This document shows positions 50,579-64,000 of a stretch of 64,000 nucleotides of DNA, piece by piece. A program made the position numbers and the translations under genes. The stretch's first letter is position 1. Each line of letters starts with the position of its first letter. This stretch comes from Chlorokybus atmophyticus (lineage: Eukaryota > Plantae > Mesostigma and Chlorokybus algae): positions 1 to 64,000 of the forward strand of contig RHPI01002907.1 in the NCBI GenBank assembly GCA_009103225.1, read 5' to 3'. The notes under the pieces were generated by a model. It searched no databases. It saw only the letters and a list, made by a program, of their open reading frames with translations, and had not been told where the DNA came from.

Positions 50579-52264
50579 CGCCTCCACCACCACCACACCC
50601 CGACCAAGCCCCGCACTAACCCCTACAGCCTGACACTGCCCGTGCTGAGGATGACTCGGCAAACAGCCGCCTCAGCAACAACGCCGCCCGCCAATCTACA
50701 GCAGTGGCGGGGCGGCGTTACCTCAGAGCAGCGTGTGAACAATGTAGAAAATCCCAGTGCGTTCAGGGGTAGGATTAGGGTTAGGGCTAGATTTCCAACT
50801 CTCAGGTCATCGTAGAGTCGAGGATCACAAGCACAAGCATTTCCACAGCAGGCAACACAATTAGCATATACACGTATACAACATGTGAAGCACAAAGGTG
50901 TGGCACACACGAGTACAGGCCGTTTTACATCTATATTATGGTGGCAATTCTCGAGTCGCTGAATTGGCACAAGTGTGTGTTGGAGCACCTTTGGTGCTGG
51001 TTACTACTGCTGAGTGTTTGAGACTGCTGCTGGTTACTGCAGCTCAGGTTGACGCCTTGGTTTTATCTAATAGGCTTGCATGTTATTATCATCAATATTG
51101 CTTGACACTATGATTACCTTGGCGTTACAGGTTTTAGCATGTGTTGAAGGTCTTTAGCTCTCACTCTCTTGCTGTCTCCCTGAGACCTACCAGTAGGTAC
51201 ATACAGGAGAGCACGCGCTTGCACTAGATTGTAATAAGTTATTTGTTGTGCGGTGCAATGGTTATTCGATTGTGATAAGCGTCGTACGTGCAATGTGGAC
51301 ACAGTTGTCTCGCGCATATCCTATACATTCTGACAGGCAACACGCAGCTGTACTGGCAGGTTCAAATGTAATCACTGTATACAAAAGATGGGACATGCAT
51401 AGCGTGCATGCAAGTCCCGCCGTGTACAAGCTAGGTCAGCAAGCGCACACCAATAGCAGCCATATGCACATGCGCATAACATCTTAACAACCTGGTGCGC
51501 ACCTTGCCACATATCCAAAGTACCACTCCTGAACGCTGAAATACTACACAGCCATGCCAAAGTTGCACACAAGCCACTGCCTTGCCACGCCACAAAACTG
51601 AGTGCCATGATAGAAACTATCAGTACCACGCAATGTGTACCACACATACCCAATCACGCCATCTTGGCTGTTCCAATGCCTAAATACTACGACGATGTGG
51701 AAATGAAGCTGAACTGCTGCATACAGTGCTGCGTCATCGTGCCAAGAGCAGTGCAAGACCTGCAGGCTCCTTCACTGTGTTGGTGGGGCATTGCACGCAA
51801 CTCCCACTCCCACTGCAACTGCATGCGGTACAGGTCCCTGCGAAAGTGTGGCCGACAAGCGCACCATGCAAGCGGTAGGCGACAAGGAACAGACAGCATT
51901 CATCGACCACAACAGTATGCCGCACCACAACACATGCAACGGGGCAAATGCGCACATCCATGTCATAGCGATCAAAGCCAACCAGGGGCAGCATGTGAAC
52001 AGTTGTTGTACAGCCAAAACGCCCTACAAAAGTGCGCATCAAACCTGGGCAGGCACGTATGCTGCCGTGCAATGAGGGTCTCCATTTGCTGGGCAGTATT
52101 CGAACATGAGAGACTCTTCGAGTAAATGTCTCAGCGTGTAACTTCAAAATCCTGCCACTGACGTACTTGCATGTGCAGCATACTCTGCGCTCTCCAGGGA
52201 CTCCACACTTGCTACATGTAATGGTGCACAGGGTGCTTAGGGAAGGGTGCCAGGCAGAACACGT

Positions 52265-55200
52265 CTATGAAACTGTTCTACCATAACAGACATGTGCAAT
52301 GTACAGATTCTTCGCCCACTTTTCCTGCAACAAGCCACATGCGAGAGTAAGTCACCAAAGGGGAAACAACACGTACTTGCACAGATGTAACTAGGGCCAT
52401 ATGATTACCTTGACATGTGTGCTGGGAAATGCTGATGTCCGCAGTGTTTCCTGTGTTTCATCAACTGGTCTTCGTCGTGGCACACTCAAAACAAACGCAG
52501 CCTGGTCCCATGTCGCGGCAGCTGCTGTAATCCGGTATCCGGCATCCCAGCGGCGATGAATGCCCTCACTGGGATACAGGAAGTCGAGCTCCACCACCTG
52601 TGCGCAGGCTCACATGAGTCCCAAAAAATTGACGTGTGTATGCAATGCAATCGCTTAAAGATGGCACACCTGATCGACAAAGCCTGCGTTCCGTGACATG
52701 ACAACACCCCAGCGACTGCCGGATGTGGCCATGGCCGTCACATAGAAGCCTTCACTCCACTTCTTGTTGATCCACTTGAACGGGAAGGAATCGCTGACCT
52801 TGTATGACTGCTGGGTGTAGCAGGTACCTGGTCAACGGACAGTTTTAATCAGCTGGACTCGTCCCCTGTGTGGTGATTGATGTACCGTCAAACAGCCCAC
52901 ATACCTTTGGACATGACAACAAGGGAGCTACCATTCGCAGCACCAGCAAGCGCACTGATGTAGTACCCCTCTTCCCATTGCTCCATGATCCAGTCCTGCA
53001 CAGGTGTTTAAAGATCAATAGCAAACCCACCTGCAGGTGGGGTGATTACTCTGCAACATTGCCAGCAACGTACCTTTGGCAAGAACACACTAGACAGCTC
53101 GTAATTCTGGGCAAGGAACCCGGTCCCTGCATCCATGATGAGCGCCCACAAGTTTTGGCAGGAAGCTACACTGCTGATAAATAAGCCATCTTCGTTGCCT
53201 TTCTCGACATGTTGCTCCACGCGAAAGTCGGCAACATTGTAATGATATCTGCAAGGCAACACACAGTTAAAGCCGGTAGTGTTTTGAGGCGCAAGCTGAA
53301 ACTTAGAGAGTAAGACAGATCAGGAACTTGCCTCTGCTTCATTGGTCTTCTTGCATTGTACACAGTTATCCACTGCGTGGCTGGCATGCCAATGCGAGTC
53401 TTCTTCTTGGGTTGGGCATCATCCTCTGCCGGCTCCTCCAACGCATTTCTGCCACGCTTCTGGCCCACCTGTATGGCAGCATATGCGACGGGTCAAAGCA
53501 CAGTCCGTAAAACATAGGACTTATCAACCAGCTCTCATACCTTAAAGTCCGTGTTAATGGGTCGCAAGAGTGCATTTGCATTGCATAGAGGCTCAAACAA
53601 TGTAAGCAGGAAGCCATATCTGGGTTCCTCATCGAATTTGAAATTCACAACATGCTCCAGGAAAAGGCGAAACGGGGCGGGACAGAATCGGCAAAGCATC
53701 TCAGGTGATGTTGCCATCTTCTTCTTGCACACGAGGAAGCCCTTGTTGTCGCCCTGGTATGCAGCAGTAAGTGACTGCTCATGCAGTATGCACTCCAGCA
53801 CTGTACACAAGCAGTCAGACATACCTGATAGCCTTGCCAAGGTAACCTGCCCTTCAACAAAAACACCAGTGTGTATGCTAGGGACTCAAGATCGTCTCGT
53901 CGGCTGCCTGTCCGTCCCAGATGAGCATGCACACTTGCGTAACGCACAGTGCCCCTGAAAGCACACGCACACAATTAATATGGCTGGGGCACAGAATAGC
54001 AGGTGTCAGCTCGACCCTGGCACAAGCCAATACCTGAACATATCTGGTCGCTGATCATACTCTACATGTTGGCCTGTCGTGGCATCGGTCCACCTTGTAG
54101 CTGAAGGACATAGCAAACACTCAACAAAAGCCCAATGGACGCATGGCAGTGCCATACCAAACGTATAGACAGTGACATACCAAGTCCAAGATCCACAAGA
54201 AACAGCTTCTTCTCATCCGGTGTGCCTTTCGGGCCAAGCAGGAAGTTCTCCGGCTTGATGTCACCATGGACATATCTGCAGAACATCATATAACTGGCTG
54301 CAGCACATGCATGCAATCCATGTCATCAACCAGGCAGTTGTCGTACCCTCGAGCATGCATTTTCTCCAAAATCGTCAGGGCTTCTGCAGCAATGCACGCA
54401 ACCATCTCCGTTGACATCCTGCGCAGATTTAGAATGTCAGCCCTAGACAAGAACTGTGCAGGCAACTGAACATGTACTGCTTTGCAAAGTACCAAGCACC
54501 CTATGACGACCCTACCAGAAGATCATGGCTTGGCAACACTGATGTACAACTGCGACCAAAGGCCAGCTTGCCAACAACCGCAAGCAAAGGAGGAATGCAA
54601 AGTGCAACTTACGATTGTCCTGCTTCATTCCAGGCATCCCATAAACTCGGGCCCAGCATGTCCATAACCTGCAATGGCAGGTGGTTGAAAAAGACTCAAG
54701 GTGCAGCTTACTGAGAGTCCTAAACAAACTGCAAATAGATTTCTTGTCTTGCAACCAAGATCAGTGCGGCAGTGGGAAATGCAACATAAGTTAACTTACC
54801 ATGACATAGTACTCGCCCTGCCGACCCTTGTAATGAACCTTGGGCACACCATAGCTCCCACCAAGGGCGCTGCACACAACGCATGTTACTATGACATGCA
54901 GTTGAGCTTTACAAATGACCGCATACTGGCAGTTTTCAGAATAGCGCCAATATCAAGCATCCCCCAACCACGCTGCAAAGCAGATGGAACACCCTACAGG
55001 AAGCCTTACTTGTAAACAGACCACTCGTACGGCGGTCCATAATTGCAGCCTTTACTGCTCCTGTGTTCAAATTTCAAAGCGACCTGTACCCAAGGCCTGG
55101 TGAGATCCGGGGAGCGCAACGGCAAAGCATTACTCACGGCTGGGCAGATGCGCTGACAAACCTGCTGTCCGTTTGGACCGGGGCCAGGAACACCACCAGA

Positions 55201-55960
55201 GACGCGCTTGCCGACGTATACTTGACCAAAACCGCCCTTGCCGAGCTTCTTATCAATAATATACACAGGAGAACCCCCTACTTGCACCTGGCAGCCGACA
55301 GCTCGCAGGTTAGCAACCACTCCAACTAAGCATGTCGCTGACACGTAGCTGCCAGTCTACATGCTGATCAGCTAAACGCAGCCAGTGGCCATCCATAGTG
55401 CAAGACTCCAACCCTAACATGTCGACGACATGACAGCATTGAGGCGTGGTCAAGTGGGCTCTTACCCTCTCTGGCAGCGGTGCTGTACTAGCCTCTTCTT
55501 CTGCCGCCGGTTTTTCACCAGACCTCTTTTCGCTCTCTTCCATTTCCTCCGGCTCCGGATCCTCAGTGTCGTCCAACCGATCGTCCTCCTGGGCTTCTAC
55601 GTCGTCCCAAGCCTCGTCGTCCTGCTCGTCGTCCTCAGCTTGGCCTGCTGAAGCTGGCTGGCCAGCTGCTGCGGCCCTGCCTCGATCGCCACCCGCTGCG
55701 CGTCCTCTGCGTGGTGTTTGCTGCGGCGGTTGCTGTCGCTGTTGTTGCTGCTGCTGCTGCTGCTGACGCTGGCGCCGCGTTTGCGGCCCGGCCTGCTGCT
55801 CTAGCTGCGGCTGCGGCTGCGGCTGCTGCCGCCCACGGCCCCTACCAGCCGGAGAGCGCTGCTGCCGTCCTGCTGCTACCCCAACCTCCCTGAACCCTCT
55901 CGCCTTAGCTGCTGCCGCCGCTTGTCTTGTTTGTCGAGCTCCGCTGCGCAGCTCCGGCAT
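52265..55960 (-). CDS. MUT9: MUT9-like / HD16-type plant-specific casein kinase 1 (MLK/PPK family), multi-exon
   Basis: [10 protein letters not shown]-terminus, [46 protein letters not shown], and the family C-terminal domain MKQRYHYNV...[15 protein letters not shown]...[18 protein letters not shown]. Confidence 0.95.
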
Positions 55961-58237
55961 GATCCTCCCCCATACGCCCGCGTGTTACTGCGGCGACGAT
56001 TTTCACGACACCGCCGCCCATGCGCCTTAACACATACCGCTCCCACTCACCTCCACCGCCGCCCACACCGCCTCCGCCGCCACCTACCTGCTCGCTCACC
56101 CCAAGGATACCGTCAGCAGCGTTGCAATGCGTAAGCGTGTGTGTGGGCAAAACCGATGCCCGCCCGCGTAAGTTAGCTTGGCAGCAGCGCCGCGCGCTCC
56201 TGGAACCACTGGCCTTCTTGACAGAGCCTTCCGCCGTTAAAGTGCGATGCCTGCTGAAGAAAGCGTCTCACCGTAGTGAAATCTCTCGCAAAAACCCGCG
56301 CTTTCGACGCGGCGGCTGACGCCTGCGAGGGGACCCCTGTGCATTCACGTTTTCAAAAGCAAAGCAAAAGATCTAGGAATGTGGAGGGAAAGGTGTTCTC
56401 TTCCTGCCTACTCTGCTGCCTCGTGCAAGCGTGCTCAGGTGGTCGGTACGACATGAGTCGTTTGACATGACTCGTGTCATTGCATGACATGGCACTCCTT
56501 GCTTACAGGCAAGCATCACGTCTGGTTGGGATGGCGTTTCGCTGTAAGCATATTGCTTTTGAGTTGGGACTCTACTACCAATTAGCAGATGATGAGTGAT
56601 GAGAGTATTGCTGACCATAGGAAAGATTGCCAATGGCAATGCCCATCCACGCTAGGTGTGAACATGGGTATGGGGATCCACGAACCAAGAACATATGTAG
56701 GAACGGTAATGTTTAACACAACTAGAATATGCGACGCAAATATATTAATATTTAAGCTGCACAGTAACTTTGTCGATTGTGTCCATACATATTTGTAAGC
56801 TTAAACTTGATATAATTACGTTGTTTAAGCACAAAACCGTTATTATACATACTATAAGGTTAGAACATCTTGCAATACTAGCTGACATTCAAATTTATGA
56901 AGCGTTGAAAACAATAGCATATAGATGCTCATGTTGTGTCTAACAATGCATATAACATTCATACAATAAACATAAACATAATGCCAGTAAACTTATAGCA
57001 TGTTAGCTGTGGAATGCAGCATGTGAACAGCTTGTTTTACTGTATTGTTGAGTAAAATGACCAAACCGATGATGTTGCGATGCATGATCATTACAACACA
57101 TAGAACAAGTTGCATCAACTTTAAAGCGTGAAATTAATAAGTGTTTACGACTTTTTTTCGTACAACGTCATCATAATCATTTGTAATTGCATGTGTTACC
57201 AAACATCGTATACGACATCAACATCATCCTTTTTGTGTTAAAAATGGCACATTTATTTAAGAAGCATTGAGTTCTTGCACTGGTCTGCAACAGCGTCGTT
57301 AAAATAACCAGAGCGACATTTGCTTTGATATTGCATTATATGCGGGCAGTCTGTGCATTACATAATAAGATGCTCTGTGGCATTGAGAATTACGATACAT
57401 GTACCTGTGCTAGTGAGTCGTTATTATATTATTGGTCATTACAAATGTATACATTGTACATACGATGTGTCAAATGCTTCATATAAGCAACAATTTTTAC
57501 GATAACAATCAATCTTTACTTGCATCGAAACAAGGCAATATGCAAGATTCATTCACAAGCATATTATTCCAAATGTAAGGTATCATGATGCATGCAAGAT
57601 GGCTACATTTACAATCACTCCACACGAAGATACAGCTGCATGCGCAATAGACTCGAGGCAGGTAACACATCACTTTGGGCTGGCGATTACAGCTTCATAA
57701 TCCACTTATTTAGGACAAGGTACTTGCGTGCAATGCAATGCGATGCAAAGCCGATTGCAAATGGTGCAATGCTTGGCCAAAAAGGGGACAGGGCAAACAA
57801 CTTGCAGCAGAAGGGGGCGAAAAAGTTCAAGCCCGCATAAGGAACAGCGGCCGGAGTAATAGTAAAATGTAATACAAGCAATTCGGTACAATGTGCGTGG
57901 ATGCGCTTGCTATGCTATGCTGAATCCCCGCACCCCCATGCATCCCCCGGCCCCCGCCGCCAACCATCCTTTTCACAACCGCCATACGCACATTGCAGCC
58001 TTGTAGGCTAGGGTCAGTCCAGTATTAATGAGTTGTGGCCTTTCAAGGAGGAGCAGCACATCAACCCACATTACAGAGCATTGCTAGCAGAGCAGCACAG
58101 TCACACTGCATCAAAGCACAGACTGACACATATCCCTGCATCCGATATGTTGTACACATGTGCCAATGACTGCATAATATGTGCATGCGCTCCTGTTCTC
58201 TCAGTGATAAAGCACACGACAAGGCATGTGACATCAA

Positions 58238-61200
58238 TTAAACAGCCTTGAACGTTTCTCTAATTTCTGCTCCCGAAGGCCGCAGGTTTTCACCCGAATA
58301 ACAAAGCGCCACAATGTCTTCAAGATGCTCGTACTTCTTCATGAATGACGCCTCGCACTCTTTCCACAACAATGATAAGGTGTGATCATCTCCCGAGCCA
58401 AAATGCTTGGCCATTTTCTTGCTCATGGTCATCAAACCCTTCTGTACATTTGACATTGCCGCCGCAGTTGTCTTTCGCATGTCTTGTTTTGAGTAACCCA
58501 TCTGAAAGGGGACCTCCTCGGGTGTGATTGTCTGCATCATGCTGTCTAACTTGTCCCCAAACCTGCGTAGCATGAGAGTAATAAAACAACTCTTCACACA
58601 ACCAAGAGTGTCACCACCAACACAGTGCTGGACTCACTCAAATAGCTTCCCGAAGTATTTGTAGATGATCCGCTGGATGTATGCCGTGCGAGCAGACTGA
58701 TACCCGTCACGCGCTGTTTGCAAATACTTTGCAAGGGCCGGCACCTGCGCAAGAAGTTGTGCACAGCAAGTCTAACACCGCTACGCATCGTACACCACAG
58801 CACTCCATTCGCACTGTGCACTGACTCCAGTTTCATCACCAGCTGTGCGTTGAACCACAATAACAAGCACCAGAGACGTCTTTGCAATGTGCACAAACTC
58901 CGTGCATTGGTTGCAGCATGCACGAGTGAGCCAGTGTCAACCAGACACGCGTTTGAGACAACGGGACTGGAGCAATATAAACGGTGTAAATGTGGCGTGC
59001 CGCAGCAAGGTCAAAAGAGCGCCAAGTCAACTAGATCAAACCTGAGGGCCGAAGGGACCAACGCCGGCGAGGAAAACACCGTAGTTCTGAAGCTGCAGCA
59101 CGCTTGCTCTCTTTGGGTCTGCCGCCGCAGCACGATCCAGACACTGCAATACAAGGCACAACAGTCAACCACTTGGCCAATGAGCGACCACAAAAACACA
59201 TGCATGCACGTACGCACGCACGTGCACACACAGAGTGCGTACTGCCATGACAGCATATCTGCAACCGACGGCGTGACAACATTCTTTCACCTGGAACAAG
59301 GCGCCCGCAAGTTTGTAGTAAGCAGCATCAACAACATCTCGTGGGCGTCCTTCAGCTAGCTCTTCCATGCGTCGGACAAGTCGACCAAACTTAGCAAAGG
59401 CGGGAAGTGTGAGCGAGCCGGAAGCCAACTTCTTCGCAGCTGAGCCGGACGAGGATGAGGATGATAGCGAGCTCCCTGCGGCTATATTCTTCGCCATGTC
59501 ATCAATAAACTTGTTGAAGTGGAGTTTGAGCTTCGTCTGGCACTCCGTCAGCACGCCCGTGAGGTACACGTTGTTGGCGTCGATGTCGTCCTGCTGCCAC
59601 GCCTCAGTCTCGCCCAACATGGATATGCACTGCAGCGGGTCAGTTCGCGCAGCGATGTCAAGTAGATAAAAGATATCCTCCTGCACGCCAGAGAGAAGAG
59701 CCTCCACCGCTGAATCAACCTCCCTCTTATTGTTGTTGGTGGTGGTCGTGGTCGTGGTGGTGTTGTTGAGAGTGTTGTTGTCGGTAGGGAGAAAGGTGAG
59801 GAAGAACTTGGCGTCTTTTCTGAGGCACGGCAGAAGGGTGCGGAGGAGAGTCACGTATGCATCGGCGTAGCCATCCGACGAGCCTGCCCCGGACCCGAAA
59901 TCGGAACCTCCATCGGAAAATGAGTACTTGCGCTCGTGCCGCCCACCTCCACTCCCACCCGACCTCATCTGCAAGCAACACATTGAGAAACACTCACAAC
60001 CAGGGCAACATACATAACACGAATTCCCGCACGTACGCGAACTGCAGCACATGCTCAAGTGCCTGTACGTGCGCACATGCACACACACGCCCACGCGCTC
60101 TCATGCACGCGCACGCGCAGAGGTATGCACCTATGCATGCACGCATGCAGACATCAGTTGGAGAGCAACATGGATGCTTCTTACGGAGGCGTTGGAGGCG
60201 GTGCCTTTGGCGGTGGCGCGGAGCTCCCCAACGTAATCGCGTGTCTCGCGGCGCAGGAGGGCGTTGACGGAGGCGGCGTAGAGGCGGCGCAGCGGCGGGA
60301 GTGAGGCGGGAGATAGGGGGAGGAGGGCTGACACTAGTGGTGCATATGCCGTCAACCTGCGCACGCACACTCGCGCATATGACGATCTTGATGATCATGG
60401 CTCGCCAATAGTCGCCACATGGGGTGCGCGCACATGAGGGTAAACACACACACCTGGACACAGACGCACGCGTGCACACACATTTACACACAGATGCATA
60501 GCGCCTATCTTGTCTCTCTCTCTCTTGCCTTCTTTGCATGTCCAAGTGATCCGGGGGCTTCCCCGGGACCCGTCCTGAACCCGAACCGGTGTTTGCAAGC
60601 ATCTCATCTGTGAGGTCTGAGATGAACGCCTTGAGGAACGCCACAGCACGCCTCGCAAACTGGTCCCTGGTTTGTAATGCGTGCATTGGAGCATACAGCC
60701 ATGTATATGTACGATAACTCTGTCAAAATACATACCTTAGGTTTTCCAACTCGACTCGCCTCTCACGCACGGCCCGCATGCCAGCAAGCTTGTCTCCAAC
60801 CTGTGTGCATATAGTTGAGAGGGCGAGCAAGCTTGTGCGCGCAGGCACATGCACACGTCCGCGAATAACCTCAGAAACACATCTAAACACACACATAAAC
60901 ACAATACCATTATCAAATTATACCATCAAACGTAGTAGTACTCTCATACTACGGAAGCCTGCAACAGTCATGTGAGGCATACTTGTTGGGGTTCGAGGGC
61001 AAGGATGTTGGTGTGAAGAGCTCTGGCGCTTCTAACCACGGAGCTGAGGCGGCGCTCGTCATCAAGGCTGCCTTTGGTGAGGTCATCCACCATCTGATGG
61101 CGGAGTGTCAAGTGATGAATATGCAAACACAACACACCTGAGACACAATCACAGTATTATGTGCTGCAAGTATGGTCTAACCGCGTTGGACACAGTGAGG

Positions 61201-63632
61201 CGCTGCAGCAGCTCCGAGAGCTTGTCGGCAAGCATCCCGCTGTTACGAGCCTGCAGCTCCAGCTTGTTGTTCATCGCCTCGATCTGTGAGACAAGCACGC
61301 AACCAGGTCACAAAACCTTTCCCTCTTGCATTGCGGGGATTGTCTATGCACGCACATGTGTTATGTACGTACACATGCATCCATAGGCAATGTGTACATG
61401 AGAAGTAGGCATATGCGCGTGTGTACCCATGCATGTGCATGGGTACTCACTGTGGCGATGTCTTGGCGCATGTGCGTAAGCTTCACTTGGAACACGGACA
61501 GCCACTCTTCAAGGTCTTGAAGCTCTCCAAACGCTGCATCAAAGCCCTCTAAAACCTGCACACATGTTGCTTGGTTGAAAGACGGCACAACAACTACTGG
61601 CTATGTTGCTTGGCGGCCATGCACGCATGCTCACGTCGTTCACAAGAGGTTGGCTCTCCAGAATGGTGTGCACGTTGGCCGCAACGAGCGCAGAGAGCTC
61701 GCGGCCTAATCGCTCCGTGAACGCCTCTGCTTCACCAATACCCATAGCATACCTGAGATCAAAGACCAACAACTACTACTAAGGACCAAACTGATGTATG
61801 AACACTTCAGCACACATCCACGCAACGCACATGCCCAACAGTGTCTGGAAGTCCTTCTCCTCAGCTGCCGACACCAGTGACTTGTTGTTGCTGTTGTTGG
61901 TATCATCGATGGCGCCCAAGCCGTTGGTGCCATCCATACCCTTGGCTTGGGTGGCGTTGGTGTCTGCACCGCCATCAACAGCCTGTGCACAAAAGATGTG
62001 ACTGCCATATGATCGCAAACATTTTCCGCAAAGGTGCACACGCGCACATGCCTTGTACACAAGTGCACGCAGTCACGCACACGTGCGCATGCGTATGTGT
62101 GTGTCTCTCAAGCAAGCATGCACAAGGTAGACACACGTGCACACACGCGCACACGCATGCATACATGCACTTGTACACACAGGACCACATGCGTGCGTGC
62201 TTCAGTGAAAGCTTGTTGGTACCAACTGACGTGCACATTGGTGTGTACCTTTGTCCAGTTGAGCAGCTTCTGGGCATCAATGGCAGAAACCACTGGAACT
62301 TTGGACAGGTGCTCGCGACAAAGGGCAGCAGTCTGGCCAAGAAAATTGAACCTGCGTTGTTCACTGAACTTGAGTATTAGCAACAACAGGATTGAACCCA
62401 CAGCTGTATGCAGACAGAAGGTGAAATGGACTGTGATGCTTGGACCTGTCGGCTGGAGATTGGGCAATCCACGTGCACACTTGCGTGTACCTCGCCAACT
62501 CAAACACCTGCAAGTGCGAGCCTGTTCAACCACTTGTTCATTCGGTTGGTGCATCCAACAGTTTGACAGCACACATCAACATCCAGTGTATGCCTGTGTT
62601 GTGTACCAGCACAAAGGAGTTGTCCATGGCCTCACCACCCTGAGCCCCTTCTACCCGCATGAGGTGCTTAAGCTTCCAAGTCATCTTGATCTACACAACA
62701 ATTCCCAATCACTCAGACAGCGGTAACATCCAATCCATTAAGACACACGCGCATGCGCATGCTTGCATGTGTGCATGTGACACAAGTGCAACACAAACCT
62801 CCATCTGGCCCATCTCCAGGCCCTTCAGCACATGAAGGCGGGTCTTGAACCCTCGCGTGATCTTCGACCGCTCAACTGTACACAATCACACTTGTGCAAC
62901 CGCCAACACAGACAGCACGGAAGAGATACAGAACAACATGCACGTACGTGTGAGGCAGAGCACGCGCGGCTTGACTCCGCGCGTGGAGAAGGGTGCAGCG
63001 CCTCGCTTCTGCACGCGGTCGGCGCTGCCCCACACCTTCTTGATGCTGTGTTTCGCCACCTGTTTGCTTGCGGTGAGTGTCGCAAGTTGTGTACATGATG
63101 AATGTGCGTGAGTCTACACGTGCACATGGCAGGACTTGGGTTTCATTGCGTAAGAGTATGCTTGTAAGCATGTGTGTCTGTGCTTGCGCATACGCTTTGT
63201 GAAAGTGTGGCTCGCGCATAGCAGAGGCATCCAAGTGTCATAGCGGCGATTTGTAAATGCCTTGACTGCATATGCTGCGTGCTAGCGCATGCGCGTGAGT
63301 CCATGCGTGACTGCGTGCTTGCGTGCGTGCATGCCCGCGTTTGCGTGTGTGTCACTTAGTAGTCACATTGTTGCTGTGCATACTATGATCCAGCAAGCAC
63401 AGCTCATCCTCTTTGCCTGCTTCTAGCAACTGCAACTGCACAGCATGCATGTCATTGCCATGATAGCGATGAGATCAAGCTTGGGCATGCAAATCAGGGT
63501 AACGGCAATCTGGCATGAGTACATCAAGGCTCAAAGATTGCAATATCACACTTTCACGGCCATCACGACAGATTCCTCAGTGCGGGCGAACAGCGCCTCC
63601 GCCGCCTTCCTCACGTCCATAGCGAGCGACAT
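58238..63632 (-). CDS. SEC3: Exocyst subunit SEC3/EXOC1 (plant type), multi-exon
   Basis: VKPRVLCL N-terminal domain, [57 protein letters not shown], and C-terminal [16 protein letters not shown]. Confidence 0.93.
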
Positions 63633-64000
63633 GGCGCCTACGGCGGTCAGCCCGCAATGCCCTCGGCTACAACTACCGCCACCTACGTCACCTGCTTTTA
63701 CATACGCCCATGCTGCCGCCGCGTTGCATGCTGGCCTGGCCTGCACAGTCACATGGCCGCTTGCCGGCCTGGCCTGATCAGGCCAAAAGTTGCAACAACC
63801 CCAAAGCCAGGCCACAAACCAGTTTCAACTGATCGCGGTTAGAGGGGGTTGTCGACGCGGATCCTATGGTTTAGGTTGCTGAAACCCGTTGTGAACGCGG
63901 TTCGTTCGCGACGCGAAGCACGCTTGCGGAACCGGTTCGCAGTTCACTGCATGCACCTTCCACGTGGCGACGCGTGCGACCAGCGGCGGCGGCAGCGGCA

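Noticed and set aside
51734-52147. Cys-rich GCC2/GCC3-like fragment (CTACSC...CVQCPTNT)
   Set aside because: A single short motif in TG-rich sequence downstream of the MLK stop; such composition produces Cys-rich frames by chance.
56099-56108. U12-type 5' splice site GTATCCTT upstream of the MLK ATG
   Set aside because: No U12 branch point or acceptor follows it, so it is likely chance.

Overview
Eukaryotic nuclear DNA from a flagellated, photosynthetic green alga with short GT-AG introns, many of them CA/TG-rich. An early-diverging streptophyte is the best inference: plant-type SEC3, MUT9-like kinase and U11-59K co-occur with an outer-arm dynein and SAS-4. The first ~8.7 kb is a transposon nest. 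A CACTA/EnSpm DNA transposon, with its left end outside the window, carries exons that splice in frame into one polypeptide: Tnp2 transposase, then an NSD-type PHD/C5HCH zinc module, then a Ulp1/C48 SUMO protease. It ends in CCGGTG at 5341, exactly where the pol frame of a decayed minus-strand Ty3/gypsy element breaks. The rest is host genes: CENPJ/SAS-4, U11/U12-59K (PDCD7-like), a HAD phosphatase, chlorophyll synthase, WDR82/Swd2, an 18.5-kb outer-arm dynein gamma heavy chain, tRNA-Gln(CTG), CK2 alpha, a MUT9-like CK1 kinase and SEC3. The top candidate for a novel system is the transposase-chromatin reader-deSUMOylase fusion. Secondary signals are a pre-miRNA-like hairpin, an array of hairpin-forming repeats in a CK2 intron, a perfect telomere-motif palindrome in a bidirectional promoter, and GC3-rich 5' ends of dynein exons. 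All family assignments come from motif recognition by eye, and no database search was run.
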